Of a stretch of 64,000 nt of DNA, positions 8,981 to 18,527 are shown piece by piece. Position 1 is the stretch's first letter. Each line of letters starts with the position of its first letter. This DNA is from Candidatus Latescibacterota bacterium (GTDB lineage Bacteria > Latescibacterota > UBA2968 > GCA-2709665), in contig OZ250150.1 of the NCBI GenBank assembly GCA_965237675.1, forward strand, positions 4,960,001 through 5,024,000, written 5' to 3'. The notes beneath the pieces were generated by a model, which saw only the letters and a program-made list of their open reading frames with translations, had not been told where the DNA came from and did not search any database. The translations under genes were made by a program, and so were the position numbers.

Positions 8981-11900
8981 ATGAAAGCCCTTCTCAATCG
9001 TTTATCCCTCTTGACATTGCTCTGCCTGGTGTTGCGGCCAGTGGTCGGCCATGCGTCGCCCTCGGAATCCGACAGCGTGCATTACTGCGTACCGTTCGAT
9101 TACGAGCAGTGGCGGCAAGACCATCCACGTTCCGCGGCGAAACGTGCGGCGGACCTGAACGTGGGCGAACCGCGCACGGTGCGGATGATCTACTTCCTGC
9201 CCAATGACCGCCCTTACCGCCAGGACGTGGTGAATTCGATGAAAACTGCGATCGTGGAGAGCCGGACGTTCTTTTCAGAGCAGATGCAAGCCCATGCCCT
9301 TGGCAAGAAGACGTTCAGTTTTGAAAGCGATGGCGCTGGCACGCCGGTGGTACACAGGATGGACGGTCAACACCCCGATTCTGCCTACGTTGACGACACG
9401 ATGGACGCTGTCTTACAAGAAATCGGAACGGCGTTCGATGTCGAACAAAACGTCTACCTGATCGTGATTGACATCAGTACCAATCTGCTTGGGTATAAGG
9501 CGGTAGATCTTACGGCATTGGGATTGGCTCTTTGGATCCCGAAAAACGGTGGTATTGCGCTCGTACCGGGACTGTTCAGGTTTCGAACGGTAACCCACGA
9601 ACTCGGACACGCCTTTGGGTTGCCCCACGATTTCAGAGACAGGAAATACATTATGTCTTATGGAGGTATCGAGAATTCACAATTGTCCGACTGCAATGCT
9701 GGATTCCTGGCCGTACATCCCTACTTCGATCCGGCTGTTCCATTTGAAGAAGCATCCCCGCCCAGCGTAGAAATCGTCTCGTCGCTCGAATACCGCGCTG
9801 GCTCCGAGACCGTCCCCGTACAACTCAAACTCAGCAGCCCCGAGGGATTACATCATCTCTTGATGTTGGCTGAAGAACGTGGCGGCTTAGCTCTTGAAGT
9901 CTGGAAATGTCGTAACCTGGCGGGGAAACAGAAAGTGGAAGTCGCATTTGATTACGACGGCTTCAGCCCGTCTCATGCCGATTGGGATTGGATCAGACGC
10001 CTGTCCGATCAAGATAAGTATCTCATGTCAATACGGATCGCTGACTCTGCCGGGAATGCCCTTTCTAAGCCCTTTGAACTATCCGAAGAGGAGGACGCGG
10101 CGGAAAGACCTCGCGCGTCGACGATTGTGATAATCTCGGGGAATAACCAGGAAGGGACTCCGGGTTCGGAACTGACGAAACCACTGGTTGTTGAAGTGCT
10201 GGACCAACACGGTCAACCGTTACCGGATGAGACAATTCAGTTTGGTGTTACAGAGGGTGAAGGCAGGCTGAGCGCACGGCACATGGTCGAAAATGTGGCG
10301 ACCGATGCGAGTGGCAGGGCCGAACTGACACTCTTCCTCGGACCGTATTCAGGGACCATTATCGTTCGTGTTTCGGCGCCTCAGGTTCCCAAGTGTCAGC
10401 CGGTATTCTTTACCGCCTTTGGCTCAGGCGCCTCCACGGTGTCCTCCGGGCATGGTGATACCAATAAATGGCACTTGCCTTACGGTGTCATTGGGCGCCT
10501 CGGAAACGGACGCCTCGGCAGATGGGACAGAGCGCTGTCGTATTCGCCCGATGGTCGGCTTCTGGCCGTGGCGAGCGCTATTGGGGCGTGGCTGTACGAC
10601 GTAGGCACGTCCCGCGCGCTTTCGCTGTTTCCGGCGTCCGATCCGGTCGAAGCGCTGGCATTCTCCCGGGACGGGACACTGCTTGCTACCGGTGCTTCGG
10701 GGGGAACAATCACGCTCTGGGAGGTCGCGACAGGCACCGCGATGTCTAGGCTAACCGCACATCCATATCTGTCGTCGGTGGCGTTCTCGTCGGACGGGAC
10801 CCTGCTGGCTTCCGGCTCCATGTTACAGGTCCTTGAACTTTGGGACCTCGCGAACCAGACTGCCGTCTTGACATTTGAAGCGTCAAGAACAGGCAACTTG
10901 ATAGATCCTGTGTCCGTAGCGTTTTCGCCCGATGGCGGACTGCTGGCCGCAGGTTTCCAGGACCGCACGGTCCGGCTGTGGGATGTCGAGACAAGGAAGA
11001 ACGTCCTCACTCTTCACGGACATCGACTCCGTATGACTTCCGTAGCCTTTGCTCCAAATCGCACGGCGCTTGCTTCCGGATCGTTAGACGGCGATATCAG
11101 GCTGTGGGACACCAGTACAGGAAGAAATACATTTACAATAAACGCTCATAGTCGTGGAATCACTACCATCGCGTTTGCACGGGATGGACTGACCCTCGCG
11201 TCCGGGTCAAGAGGCTCTACGGCAAAGCTATGGGACGTGGCAACGGGCAAATTAGTGACGGCTCTCACAGGGGGGCACATGGGAGGTATCTCGTCCTTAT
11301 CACTATCTCCTGATGGGTCGATCCTGGCGACTGGTTCTTCAAACGACGGTACGTTGGCAATGTGGGACGTGGGCACAGGCAATGCCACCACCCTCAATGG
11401 TAGTGGACATATTGACGTCGGCGGTTCCGTCGCGTTCTCACAAGATGGATCGGTAGTTGCCACCGGCTCTACAGACGGCACGGTCAAGCTTTGGGACGCC
11501 CGCACCGGGCGCCACACAAGAAGCCTCGGGCTTCAACCCGTCAGAATCTATGCGGTAGCATTTTCACCCGATGGAAGAACACTGGCCGCAGGGTCTGGCG
11601 AAAACATCATCGAGCTGTGGGACTTTGCGACTGGCGCAAAGCTCGCATCTTTCTCCAGACAGCGTGGCCAGGTCCTTTCTCTTGCGTTTTCACCCGATGG
11701 AAGGATACTGGCCGCGGGGGATCCTCAAGGTCTCGCCCTTTGGGACGTCGCGAGCGTCACGGCCGCAAGCGCCGCCCTTGGGCCTACAGCAAGTTCGCCT
11801 GTAGGTCTTGTTTCCAAAGACAGGGCAACCGACCACTATATCAGCCCGCCTTTACGGCAAGAGGATAGTTGGGTGTGGTCCTTGGCGTTTTCACCGGACG

Positions 11901-12007
11901 GGAAAACAGTTGCGTCCGGCACAGACAACTTAATCGTCAGACTCTGGGATGCCTCTACCCTGGAAGAAATCACAACGATTCGGCCAACCGAGGGCACGCG
12001 GGTGTGA
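8981..12007 (+). CDS. Secreted metzincin - Ig-like - WD40 protein, interrupted by an in-frame TGA
   Basis: Signal peptide, HELGHAFGLPH (9596-9628), YIMSY, Ig-like domain, WD40 repeats. The TGA at 12005-12007 falls inside a WD40 repeat and the same frame stays open to 13147. Confidence 0.85.
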   Translation: MKALLNRLSLLTLLCLVLRPVVGHASPSESDSVHYCVPFDYEQWRQDHPRSAAKRAADLNVGEPRTVRMIYFLPNDRPYRQDVVNSMKTAIVESRTFFSEQMQAHALGKKTFSFESDGAGTPVVHRMDGQHPDSAYVDDTMDAVLQEIGTAFDVEQNVYLIVIDISTNLLGYKAVDLTALGLALWIPKNGGIALVPGLFRFRTVTHELGHAFGLPHDFRDRKYIMSYGGIENSQLSDCNAGFLAVHPYFDPAVPFEEASPPSVEIVSSLEYRAGSETVPVQLKLSSPEGLHHLLMLAEERGGLALEVWKCRNLAGKQKVEVAFDYDGFSPSHADWDWIRRLSDQDKYLMSIRIADSAGNALSKPFELSEEEDAAERPRASTIVIISGNNQEGTPGSELTKPLVVEVLDQHGQPLPDETIQFGVTEGEGRLSARHMVENVATDASGRAELTLFLGPYSGTIIVRVSAPQVPKCQPVFFTAFGSGASTVSSGHGDTNKWHLPYGVIGRLGNGRLGRWDRALSYSPDGRLLAVASAIGAWLYDVGTSRALSLFPASDPVEALAFSRDGTLLATGASGGTITLWEVATGTAMSRLTAHPYLSSVAFSSDGTLLASGSMLQVLELWDLANQTAVLTFEASRTGNLIDPVSVAFSPDGGLLAAGFQDRTVRLWDVETRKNVLTLHGHRLRMTSVAFAPNRTALASGSLDGDIRLWDTSTGRNTFTINAHSRGITTIAFARDGLTLASGSRGSTAKLWDVATGKLVTALTGGHMGGISSLSLSPDGSILATGSSNDGTLAMWDVGTGNATTLNGSGHIDVGGSVAFSQDGSVVATGSTDGTVKLWDARTGRHTRSLGLQPVRIYAVAFSPDGRTLAAGSGENIIELWDFATGAKLASFSRQRGQVLSLAFSPDGRILAAGDPQGLALWDVASVTAASAALGPTASSPVGLVSKDRATDHYISPPLRQEDSWVWSLAFSPDGKTVASGTDNLIVRLWDASTLEEITTIRPTEGTRV

Positions 12008-12067
12008 GGGGTATTCTTTGCTCCTGACGGCAATACCCTTGCCACGGCCACCCACGGCGGAATCGAG

Positions 12068-13147
12068 TTGTGGAAGGTGCCAACAGGTGAACGTACAGGC
12101 GTTCTGGGGCAGGGCGCGACCGCGGTGTCGTTCTCACCTGATGGTACCACCCTGGCCTCAGGGCATTGGCGCGGCAGGGTCCAACTGTGGGATGTCGCGA
12201 AGGGAACAGAAATTGCCACCCTGACAGGGCACACGTACGACGTGATATCGATGGCTTTTTCGCCAGATGGAAGCACCATGGCAAGCGGCAGCGACGACGG
12301 AACGATTCTACTGTGGGACACATCGGGATGGGTGGGCGGACCTACGGATGTGGGTAAGCCAGGTGAGCTCAGCGCGGACCGGCCGGATGAACTCATCGGA
12401 AAGTGGGAATCTGTCGTGTCGGGAGACGGGGCGGATACCACCCGTGTCCTGGAGCTGCTCGCCGATGGCCGCTTTGTCAACATCGAGAAGACCACGTCCC
12501 ACGAATCCATGAATCAGACTCTGGTTACCCAATGGGGTGCCGACGCGGGACGAATCCAGTTCGTGGCAGACTCTCTGGCGGCTCGACAGTCCAGGTTTCA
12601 CGGCGCACTCGTTGCCGACAAGCAGGTGTTTGCCATAGAATTGACCGGCGCGTGGGGCGTAGAGGGGAACGTGATTCATGCCGTTATCGACAGCTTCTCT
12701 CTATCACTTAACGGTCTTCAGGGGAACGACGTGTTCGAGTTTTACGAGAAAATCATTCCCCTGATCGTGCCGGCCGAGAATGCCGGGTTGGTTCAGCTTG
12801 TCCTGCTGGGTATCGCACTTATTCAAGAGACGTTCGACGCTATAATTCAGGCGCGTGACGTGATCGTGTTCGGCCTGTATTCGGTCGAGAACGACAATCT
12901 GGTGGTGTTACAGGTGGTGTTACAGGATGAGACACCAGTCAGATACACGCGAGTACCGGAACCGGTAACTCCGGATTTCGACGGCGACGGCACTGTGGGT
13001 TTCCCCGACTTCTTGCAGTTTGCGTCGCAGTTCGGTCAGAGCCAGGACGACGCCGGATTTGACGCGCGCTTCGATCTGGACAGCGACGGCACCGTCGGGT
13101 TCAACGATTTTGTCATATTCGCACGCAGCTTCGGCCAGGGTGGATGA
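12068..13147 (+). CDS. C-terminal continuation of the 8981 gene: WD40, unknown insert, dockerin/EF-hand
   Basis: Same frame as 8981 (offset 3087 = 3 x 1029). WD40 repeats, LIGKWES insert domain, DFDGDGTVGF tail. Confidence 0.75.
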   Translation: MWKVPTGERTGVLGQGATAVSFSPDGTTLASGHWRGRVQLWDVAKGTEIATLTGHTYDVISMAFSPDGSTMASGSDDGTILLWDTSGWVGGPTDVGKPGELSADRPDELIGKWESVVSGDGADTTRVLELLADGRFVNIEKTTSHESMNQTLVTQWGADAGRIQFVADSLAARQSRFHGALVADKQVFAIELTGAWGVEGNVIHAVIDSFSLSLNGLQGNDVFEFYEKIIPLIVPAENAGLVQLVLLGIALIQETFDAIIQARDVIVFGLYSVENDNLVVLQVVLQDETPVRYTRVPEPVTPDFDGDGTVGFPDFLQFASQFGQSQDDAGFDARFDLDSDGTVGFNDFVIFARSFGQGG

Positions 13148-13201
13148 GCCGCCGGGACAGGCGCCGAGGAATGCCTCGGTAGAAGTCTACACAGTCACGG
13201 A

Positions 13202-13240
13202 AAAGGCGCCCCGAGGTACAGGGCGCCTTTGAAATCTTTT
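13202..13240. terminator. Probable bidirectional intrinsic terminator
   Basis: AAAGGCGCCC-N9-GGGCGCCTTT hairpin between convergent genes. Confidence 0.65.
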
Positions 13241-13254
13241 ATTTTCGTGCACGA

Positions 13255-14028
13255 TCATTTGGGATGTCCGCTCCGATGGAACGCAACGAAGAAGTCGGAC
13301 ACCCCGCGTACGATAATCTCCAGCATCGCACGCCCCTCCTCGGCGGTGGCCTCTGCCGGGTTGTCCGTGTAACCCACGCCGGCCTGCCATTCTCCGTGTA
13401 CCTGAACCACGGCGCCCGAGAGGCCCACGTCCAGGCCGGCATCGTCGTGGGTCTGCCCGCTCATTGCGTCCAACGCCTCCCTGTTCACAAGTTCCGGCCG
13501 GACCGCCATCATCAGCGCCGCTTCGAATCGCCCTGCATGGCCCGGGATGAGCTTGGACGGCATGACATCGGTGAGCGCCTCGCGCGCGATATTCCAGTAA
13601 TCGCCTGTCGCCACGGCAGCCGGATTGCCCATGCGGTTCACGAAGTCCTGCCCCACGAGTCCGTTCGGGTTGGAATTCCCCCCATGGCCGTTCAACACCA
13701 CGAGCCGTTTGAATCCGCTTCGCACAAGGCCCTCGAGGACGTCCTTCACGGCTTCGACGAAAGTGGCGGTCTTGAAAGACAAGACCCCAGGAAACGGATA
13801 GTGATGATGGGAATTGCCAAATTGCAGTGTGGGGGCCACCACCACACGCGCATGTTCGTTTGCACGCGCCGCGGCCTGGCGCGCAACCGTCTCGCAAAGA
13901 ACGGTGTCCGTACACACCGGCAGGTGGGGTCCGTGCTGCTCAATGGCCGCTGTGGGCAGGACCGCCGTGGCCGAGGGCGCAACCTCTCGAATCTCCTCCC
14001 GGGTCATCTCTGCAAATAGAACAGTCAC
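13255..14028 (-). CDS. Creatininase / creatinine amidohydrolase family protein
   Basis: EQHGPHLP..TD, NGHGGN and GHAG.FE motifs. Confidence 0.9.
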   Translation of the reverse strand: MTVLFAEMTREEIREVAPSATAVLPTAAIEQHGPHLPVCTDTVLCETVARQAAARANEHARVVVAPTLQFGNSHHHYPFPGVLSFKTATFVEAVKDVLEGLVRSGFKRLVVLNGHGGNSNPNGLVGQDFVNRMGNPAAVATGDYWNIAREALTDVMPSKLIPGHAGRFEAALMMAVRPELVNREALDAMSGQTHDDAGLDVGLSGAVVQVHGEWQAGVGYTDNPAEATAEEGRAMLEIIVRGVSDFFVAFHRSGHPK

Positions 14029-14084
14029 GGACTATCCTCCTGTCGTCGCGGTAGTCGATCGGAACCGACCTCTGGGACTGGGAG

Positions 14085-15566
14085 CTAACTCTCCTGGATC
14101 TCTTCGAACGGAAACAGGGGCCGCCTGCGATGGCGGAACTCGAATTTGCGCATATCCGCAGCCGTCGCACCGGGTGTATCCACCCGTATCAGACGCTTGC
14201 ACACGGGCGCGTACGCCGCCACGGGCGCATGGACCCCTTTGGCGACGATGACGTCGAACGCGTCGGGGTGCAAGTCGCAACTGGTCATCAGACCCAGACT
14301 TACCGGTACGACCCGCCGCGACGTCAGGCTGATCGTCAAGCCAGTATCCGTATCCACAACCGCCGTCTGACCCATGTCGAACGACGTCCGCCCGCCGTGG
14401 CGAATCTCAGACTCCCGAAACCGACCGTCATAAAGACCGCGAACCCTTACAGGTGCCTCGAGCGGCGGCCCATGGAATTCGTCCGTCTTTCCGCCCATCC
14501 GGAGCGTCACCCGATTGCCCACGCCCGCCGTGGCCGCCTTCGATACGGATTCCCTGTCGTACAGACACACGAATGCCCGCGCATTGCGACGTCGATGCAC
14601 TTCGTGCGCAAGCAACGTCCCATCCGCGGCGGACCCGCCACCCACATTGTCGCCCATATCCAGCAGACAGACCGGACCTTCAGTGGCCAGCGCCATGTCC
14701 ACCGCCGCTTCGATGCCGATAAACTCACCCCTGAAGTCTCTGCGAAAGGTGTGGAGATGATCCGCGAGTTCTCCGGCAACGGCTTGCGCGAGGCCCGGAT
14801 TTCCATCCGTCACCGCAATCATCGCAGTACCCATCTCCGGCACATCGGCGTAGGGGAATCCGAGCACGATGCTATTCGACAACATGCCCGGCCGGTTCAG
14901 GAGGTCATCGGCCAGCTCGTACATTTCCCTGCACGGTGGCGCTCCCGTCAATTGCCGTTCAATATTGATCGCAATTGGGGGAAACACGGCGGCCTGCGTG
15001 GGCTTGACTTCGCCTTGAAACGTCCGTGCCATCAACCGCGACGCCTGCAGACCCACCTTCTTCTGATCCAGATGCGGGTTGCTGCGATAGGCGATGGTCG
15101 CATCACAGGCCTCAACCATTCTCTCCGACAGATTCGCGTGCGGATCGATCGTACAGATGATCGGCGTCTCATCTCCGACCAGCCGGCGCAGGCGGGACAG
15201 CCAGTACCCGTCCAGGTCCCAATAGTCCTCTCCTTCACCCACGTTCGCTCCGTGGGGCGCCACCAGCCAGCCATCCAGCTTCCCGGCGTGCGCGACCTGT
15301 TCAAACATCATCCTCATTAGCGCGTCGCACGTCGCGTGCGTAATCCGGCCGGAGGGCTCTGTGCTGGCGTAAAAGAGCGGCACCGCTTCAATACCCGACT
15401 CGTCCAGACCCTCCAGGAAACCGCTCACCTCGTTCAGCCCATCCTTGAATGCCACCGCCACCTCGTCTCCGATCAGGATCCGGCCTGACTGGAACATCTC
15501 CAGTGTGGTGGGCGTACAGATGAACGTATTGGACTCGTGGATCAAAGAAAGAATGCCGACACGCAT
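14085..15566 (-). CDS. MlrC / M81 family metallopeptidase
   Basis: HESNTF, HGA, DPHAN, YRSNPHLD and DMGDNVGGG motifs. Confidence 0.9.
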   Translation of the reverse strand: MRVGILSLIHESNTFICTPTTLEMFQSGRILIGDEVAVAFKDGLNEVSGFLEGLDESGIEAVPLFYASTEPSGRITHATCDALMRMMFEQVAHAGKLDGWLVAPHGANVGEGEDYWDLDGYWLSRLRRLVGDETPIICTIDPHANLSERMVEACDATIAYRSNPHLDQKKVGLQASRLMARTFQGEVKPTQAAVFPPIAINIERQLTGAPPCREMYELADDLLNRPGMLSNSIVLGFPYADVPEMGTAMIAVTDGNPGLAQAVAGELADHLHTFRRDFRGEFIGIEAAVDMALATEGPVCLLDMGDNVGGGSAADGTLLAHEVHRRRNARAFVCLYDRESVSKAATAGVGNRVTLRMGGKTDEFHGPPLEAPVRVRGLYDGRFRESEIRHGGRTSFDMGQTAVVDTDTGLTISLTSRRVVPVSLGLMTSCDLHPDAFDVIVAKGVHAPVAAYAPVCKRLIRVDTPGATAADMRKFEFRHRRRPLFPFEEIQES

Positions 15567-15897
15567 ATCGAGGTTCCCTGGCCGCGCCGAATGGTGAAAG
15601 ATCGGTTATCGGTAGACAATGGTGCACGGTCTCGGTGAGGCAGGATTCCGCGGAGCGGTCGACTCATCGTCCCATGAATCGACGACGTCGGATCCTGGAA
15701 GCCCTGCTGCAATATAGACGTTAAATCTCCGGAGATCAAATTGTTCCTGGTCAGGATTCGACAAGCGGAGGAGGCGTCGATCCAACCTGTTCTTACCTGG
15801 CAATTCAGATCGGCTTATGGATATATATCCTGAATGTCACTATAAACCAAAATACAGTATGGGGACAACTTAAACAAAATTAACTAATGGATTCATC

Positions 15898-15926
15898 TTG
15901 CCATAAAACCCTGAATGCCATATATT
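15898..15926 (+). promoter_or_regulatory. Sigma70-like promoter of the CBS-korAB operon
   Basis: TTGCCA-N17-TATATT in an AT-rich stretch. Perfect palindrome GGATATATATCC at 15819-15830. Confidence 0.55.
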
Positions 15927-16067
15927 AAAACCAGATACGATAAGCCCGGCTTATTGTTGATCGCGGGATGCGCCGACGACGTCCAGGCAGGAATACGATA
16001 TCCGGCGTAACGGGCGCTGACCGCCTGCGCGGGGCCTGGTCGAGGGCATCGATTCCGGAGGAGCCAG

Positions 16068-16535
16068 ATGGACCTGAAAGTGAATATTCGAACCGCTCCG
16101 ATAACCCAGGTCGACCTTTCGTACTATGTCGAGACCGAGAAAGGCACATACGCCAGAGACGTACTCGAAAAAATGAAGGCCAGTCATCGGAAATGCGCCC
16201 TTGTGATGGAGCACGGCCGCCTGGTCGGCATCTTCACCGAACGCGATATCATGAAAAAAGTGGCCGGCAACCCGCAAAGCAGCGATGCGCGGATTGACGA
16301 CCTGATGACGCCCGACCCTGAAACACTCGACGCGGACGCGAATATTCTGGATGCAACCCGGGTGATCGCCTCGAACCGCTACCGGTACATGCCGGTAACA
16401 AATAAGAAGGGCAAGGTCCTGGGTACGTTGACCTATTATGCGATTATCAAATACATCTGCGACTATTTTCCGCAGGAAATTTACAACCAGCCGCCCGTGC
16501 CGGACGTGTTTGCCAAAGCCCGTGCCGGCGCTTGA
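16068..16535 (+). CDS. Stand-alone CBS-pair protein
   Basis: RBS GGAGG. LVGIFTERDI, LMTPDP and YRYMPV..GKVLG CBS motifs. Confidence 0.9.
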   Translation: MDLKVNIRTAPITQVDLSYYVETEKGTYARDVLEKMKASHRKCALVMEHGRLVGIFTERDIMKKVAGNPQSSDARIDDLMTPDPETLDADANILDATRVIASNRYRYMPVTNKKGKVLGTLTYYAIIKYICDYFPQEIYNQPPVPDVFAKARAGA

Positions 16536-16591
16536 CGCGTAAGGACATTTTCTCCAGAGCCGCAGCATAAAGAACCGGGAGGTCGATACAG

Positions 16592-18466
16592 ATGGCCGAA
16601 ACAGCCGTCGAAGAGATTGACGCGGAAGGCGATTTACTGGACGAATTGACGGAGGTCGAGTCTATTGCGGTCCGATTTGCCGGCGACTCCGGCGACGGCA
16701 GCCAGTTCATTGGCGGGGAGTTTGCAAACACATCCGCCATTGCGGGCAACGACATCAGCACCATGCCGGACTTCCCCGCCGAAATTCGCGCCCCCGCGGG
16801 CACATTACCGGGAATAAGCGGGTTCCAGGTCCGCATTTCCAGCGAAGACATCTTCACTCCCGGAGACGAGCCGCAGGTGCTTGTTGCCATGAATCCGGCC
16901 GCGCTGAAAGCCAACCTCCCGGATCTGCCGCGTGGGGGAGTGGTCATCACCAATACGAACAACTTTACGCGAAACAACCTGCGCAAGGCCGGGTACCAGA
17001 CCGACCCACTGGAAGATGGATCGCTGAACGATTATCGCGTTTGCAAGGTCGCTTTAACAGCCCTGCACAAAAGGGCTGTTGCCGGGGTTGAAGGCCTTTC
17101 CAACCGACAGATCGACATGATGAAAAACTGCTTCGCCCTGGGCCTTGCCTATTGGATCTTCGACCGTCCGCTGGAACCAACGATCGGCATGCTGAAAGAG
17201 AAATTCGCCAGCCGACCCAATGTCGTTGAAGGCAATGTAACCACCTTAAAGGCCGGATACAACTACGGAGAAACGACCGAACAGTTCCAGTTCCGGTACA
17301 GGGTGCCCAAAGCCGTGGTCGAACCCGGCACGTACCGGACCGTTACCGGCGCACAGGCCACCGCAATGGGGTTCGTCACCGCCGCCCACAAGGCCGGCAA
17401 GACCCTCTTTTACGGCAGCTACCCCATCACCCCCGCCAGCGCCCTCCTCGAAGCGTTGGCCGCCTTGAAGAACTTCGACGTGCGCACCTTTCAGGCCGAA
17501 GACGAAATTGCTGCCATCGGTTCCGCCATCGGCGCCGCATTCGGGGGTGCCTTTGCCGCAACCGGCACCAGCGGACCCGGCGTCGCACTCAAGAGCGAGG
17601 CCATCAACCTGGCCCTGGTCCTGGAATTGCCCCTGGTGATCGCCAACTTTCAACGGGGCGGGCCCAGCACGGGGCTTCCCACGAAAACGGAACAGTCCGA
17701 CCTGCTCCAATGTATGTTCGGCCGCAACGGCGAAAGCCCGGTCCCCATTGTCGCGCCAGCCACATCCTCCGACTGCTTCTACTTGGGCATCGAAGCCTTT
17801 CGTATCGCCGTGGAAAGCATGTCGCCCGTCTTCTTCCTTTCCGACGGCTATCTGAACAGCAGTTCCGAACCCTGGAAAATACCCGACCCCGGGGAAATTG
17901 AACCCATCGTGGTAAAACACAGGACGGACCCCGAACGATTCGAGCCCTATATGAGGAATCCAGAGACACTGTCGCGCCCCTGGGCGCTTCCCGGCACACC
18001 CGGCCTCGAACACCGCATCGGCGGGCTGGGTAAACAGGACGGCACCGGAAACGTCTCATACGATCCGAAAGACCATGAACACATGGTGAAGATCCGCGCC
18101 GAAAAGGTCGCGCGTATCGCCAATCGGATTCCGAGGCAGGATGTATACGGCCCTCTCACAGGCGACCTGCTTGTTATCGGTTGGGGCAGCACGTACGGCG
18201 CCATCAGGACCGCGGTTCGCAGGGCGGTTTCCAACGGCCGGTCCGTTGCCCACGCCCACGTGCGATATCTGAATCCGTTTCCGGCTAACCTGGGCAACCT
18301 GCTTCTGCGCTATCGCAAGATTCTGGTTCCCGAAATAAACGGTGGGCAGCTATCAATGTTGCTCAATGCCAGGTACCCTCTGCGTGTCATCAGCTATCCT
18401 AAAGTTCAGGGTCAACCATTCAAAATTTCTGAAATTCTAAACAGAATCCACGAGTTGCTGGACTAG
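16592..18466 (+). CDS. korA: 2-oxoacid:ferredoxin oxidoreductase subunit alpha
   Basis: AGDSGDG gamma domain, YPITPAS, QAEDEIA, TSGPG and QRGGPSTGLPT motifs. Confidence 0.93.
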   Translation: MAETAVEEIDAEGDLLDELTEVESIAVRFAGDSGDGSQFIGGEFANTSAIAGNDISTMPDFPAEIRAPAGTLPGISGFQVRISSEDIFTPGDEPQVLVAMNPAALKANLPDLPRGGVVITNTNNFTRNNLRKAGYQTDPLEDGSLNDYRVCKVALTALHKRAVAGVEGLSNRQIDMMKNCFALGLAYWIFDRPLEPTIGMLKEKFASRPNVVEGNVTTLKAGYNYGETTEQFQFRYRVPKAVVEPGTYRTVTGAQATAMGFVTAAHKAGKTLFYGSYPITPASALLEALAALKNFDVRTFQAEDEIAAIGSAIGAAFGGAFAATGTSGPGVALKSEAINLALVLELPLVIANFQRGGPSTGLPTKTEQSDLLQCMFGRNGESPVPIVAPATSSDCFYLGIEAFRIAVESMSPVFFLSDGYLNSSSEPWKIPDPGEIEPIVVKHRTDPERFEPYMRNPETLSRPWALPGTPGLEHRIGGLGKQDGTGNVSYDPKDHEHMVKIRAEKVARIANRIPRQDVYGPLTGDLLVIGWGSTYGAIRTAVRRAVSNGRSVAHAHVRYLNPFPANLGNLLLRYRKILVPEINGGQLSMLLNARYPLRVISYPKVQGQPFKISEILNRIHELLD

Positions 18467-18495
18467 CAGCCCGTTGAAAAAGTCCATCCCGGCTT
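18467..18495 (+). mobile_element. Truncated MITE end between korA and korB
   Basis: CAGCCCGTTGAAAAAGTCCATCC is identical to the left end of the MITE at 53616. Flanked by CTAG at 18463-18466 and 18496-18499. Confidence 0.7.
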
Positions 18496-18527
18496 CTAGA
18501 CCACCCCCTGAATCTGGAGAATTATCC

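Noticed and set aside
2340-12320. CRISPR-like periodic repeats (TTTTCGCCGGA.GG)
   Set aside because: These are codons of the WD40 FSPDG motif inside ORFs at about 126-bp spacing, and no cas genes are present.
550-13147. Diversity-generating retroelement (TR/VR) explanation for the repeated tails
   Set aside because: Differences between copies are mostly synonymous and not adenine-specific, and there is no reverse transcriptase in the window.
14130-15320. Long antisense ORFs (e.g. 14130-15320, 34257-35399, 51514-52506, 53655-54620)
   Set aside because: Shadow frames of well-supported genes in GC-rich DNA, with no recognisable motifs.
15606-15803. 65-aa ORF upstream of the mlrC-like gene
   Set aside because: No RBS or recognisable motif, so it cannot be supported.
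16533-16535. Other TGA stops (CBS, arsC, DUF309) as selenocysteine codons
   Set aside because: They fall at the natural family C-termini with no homologous continuation.
18474-18527. TTG start of korB at 18474
   Set aside because: It lies within the MITE stump. The RBS supports ATG 18528.
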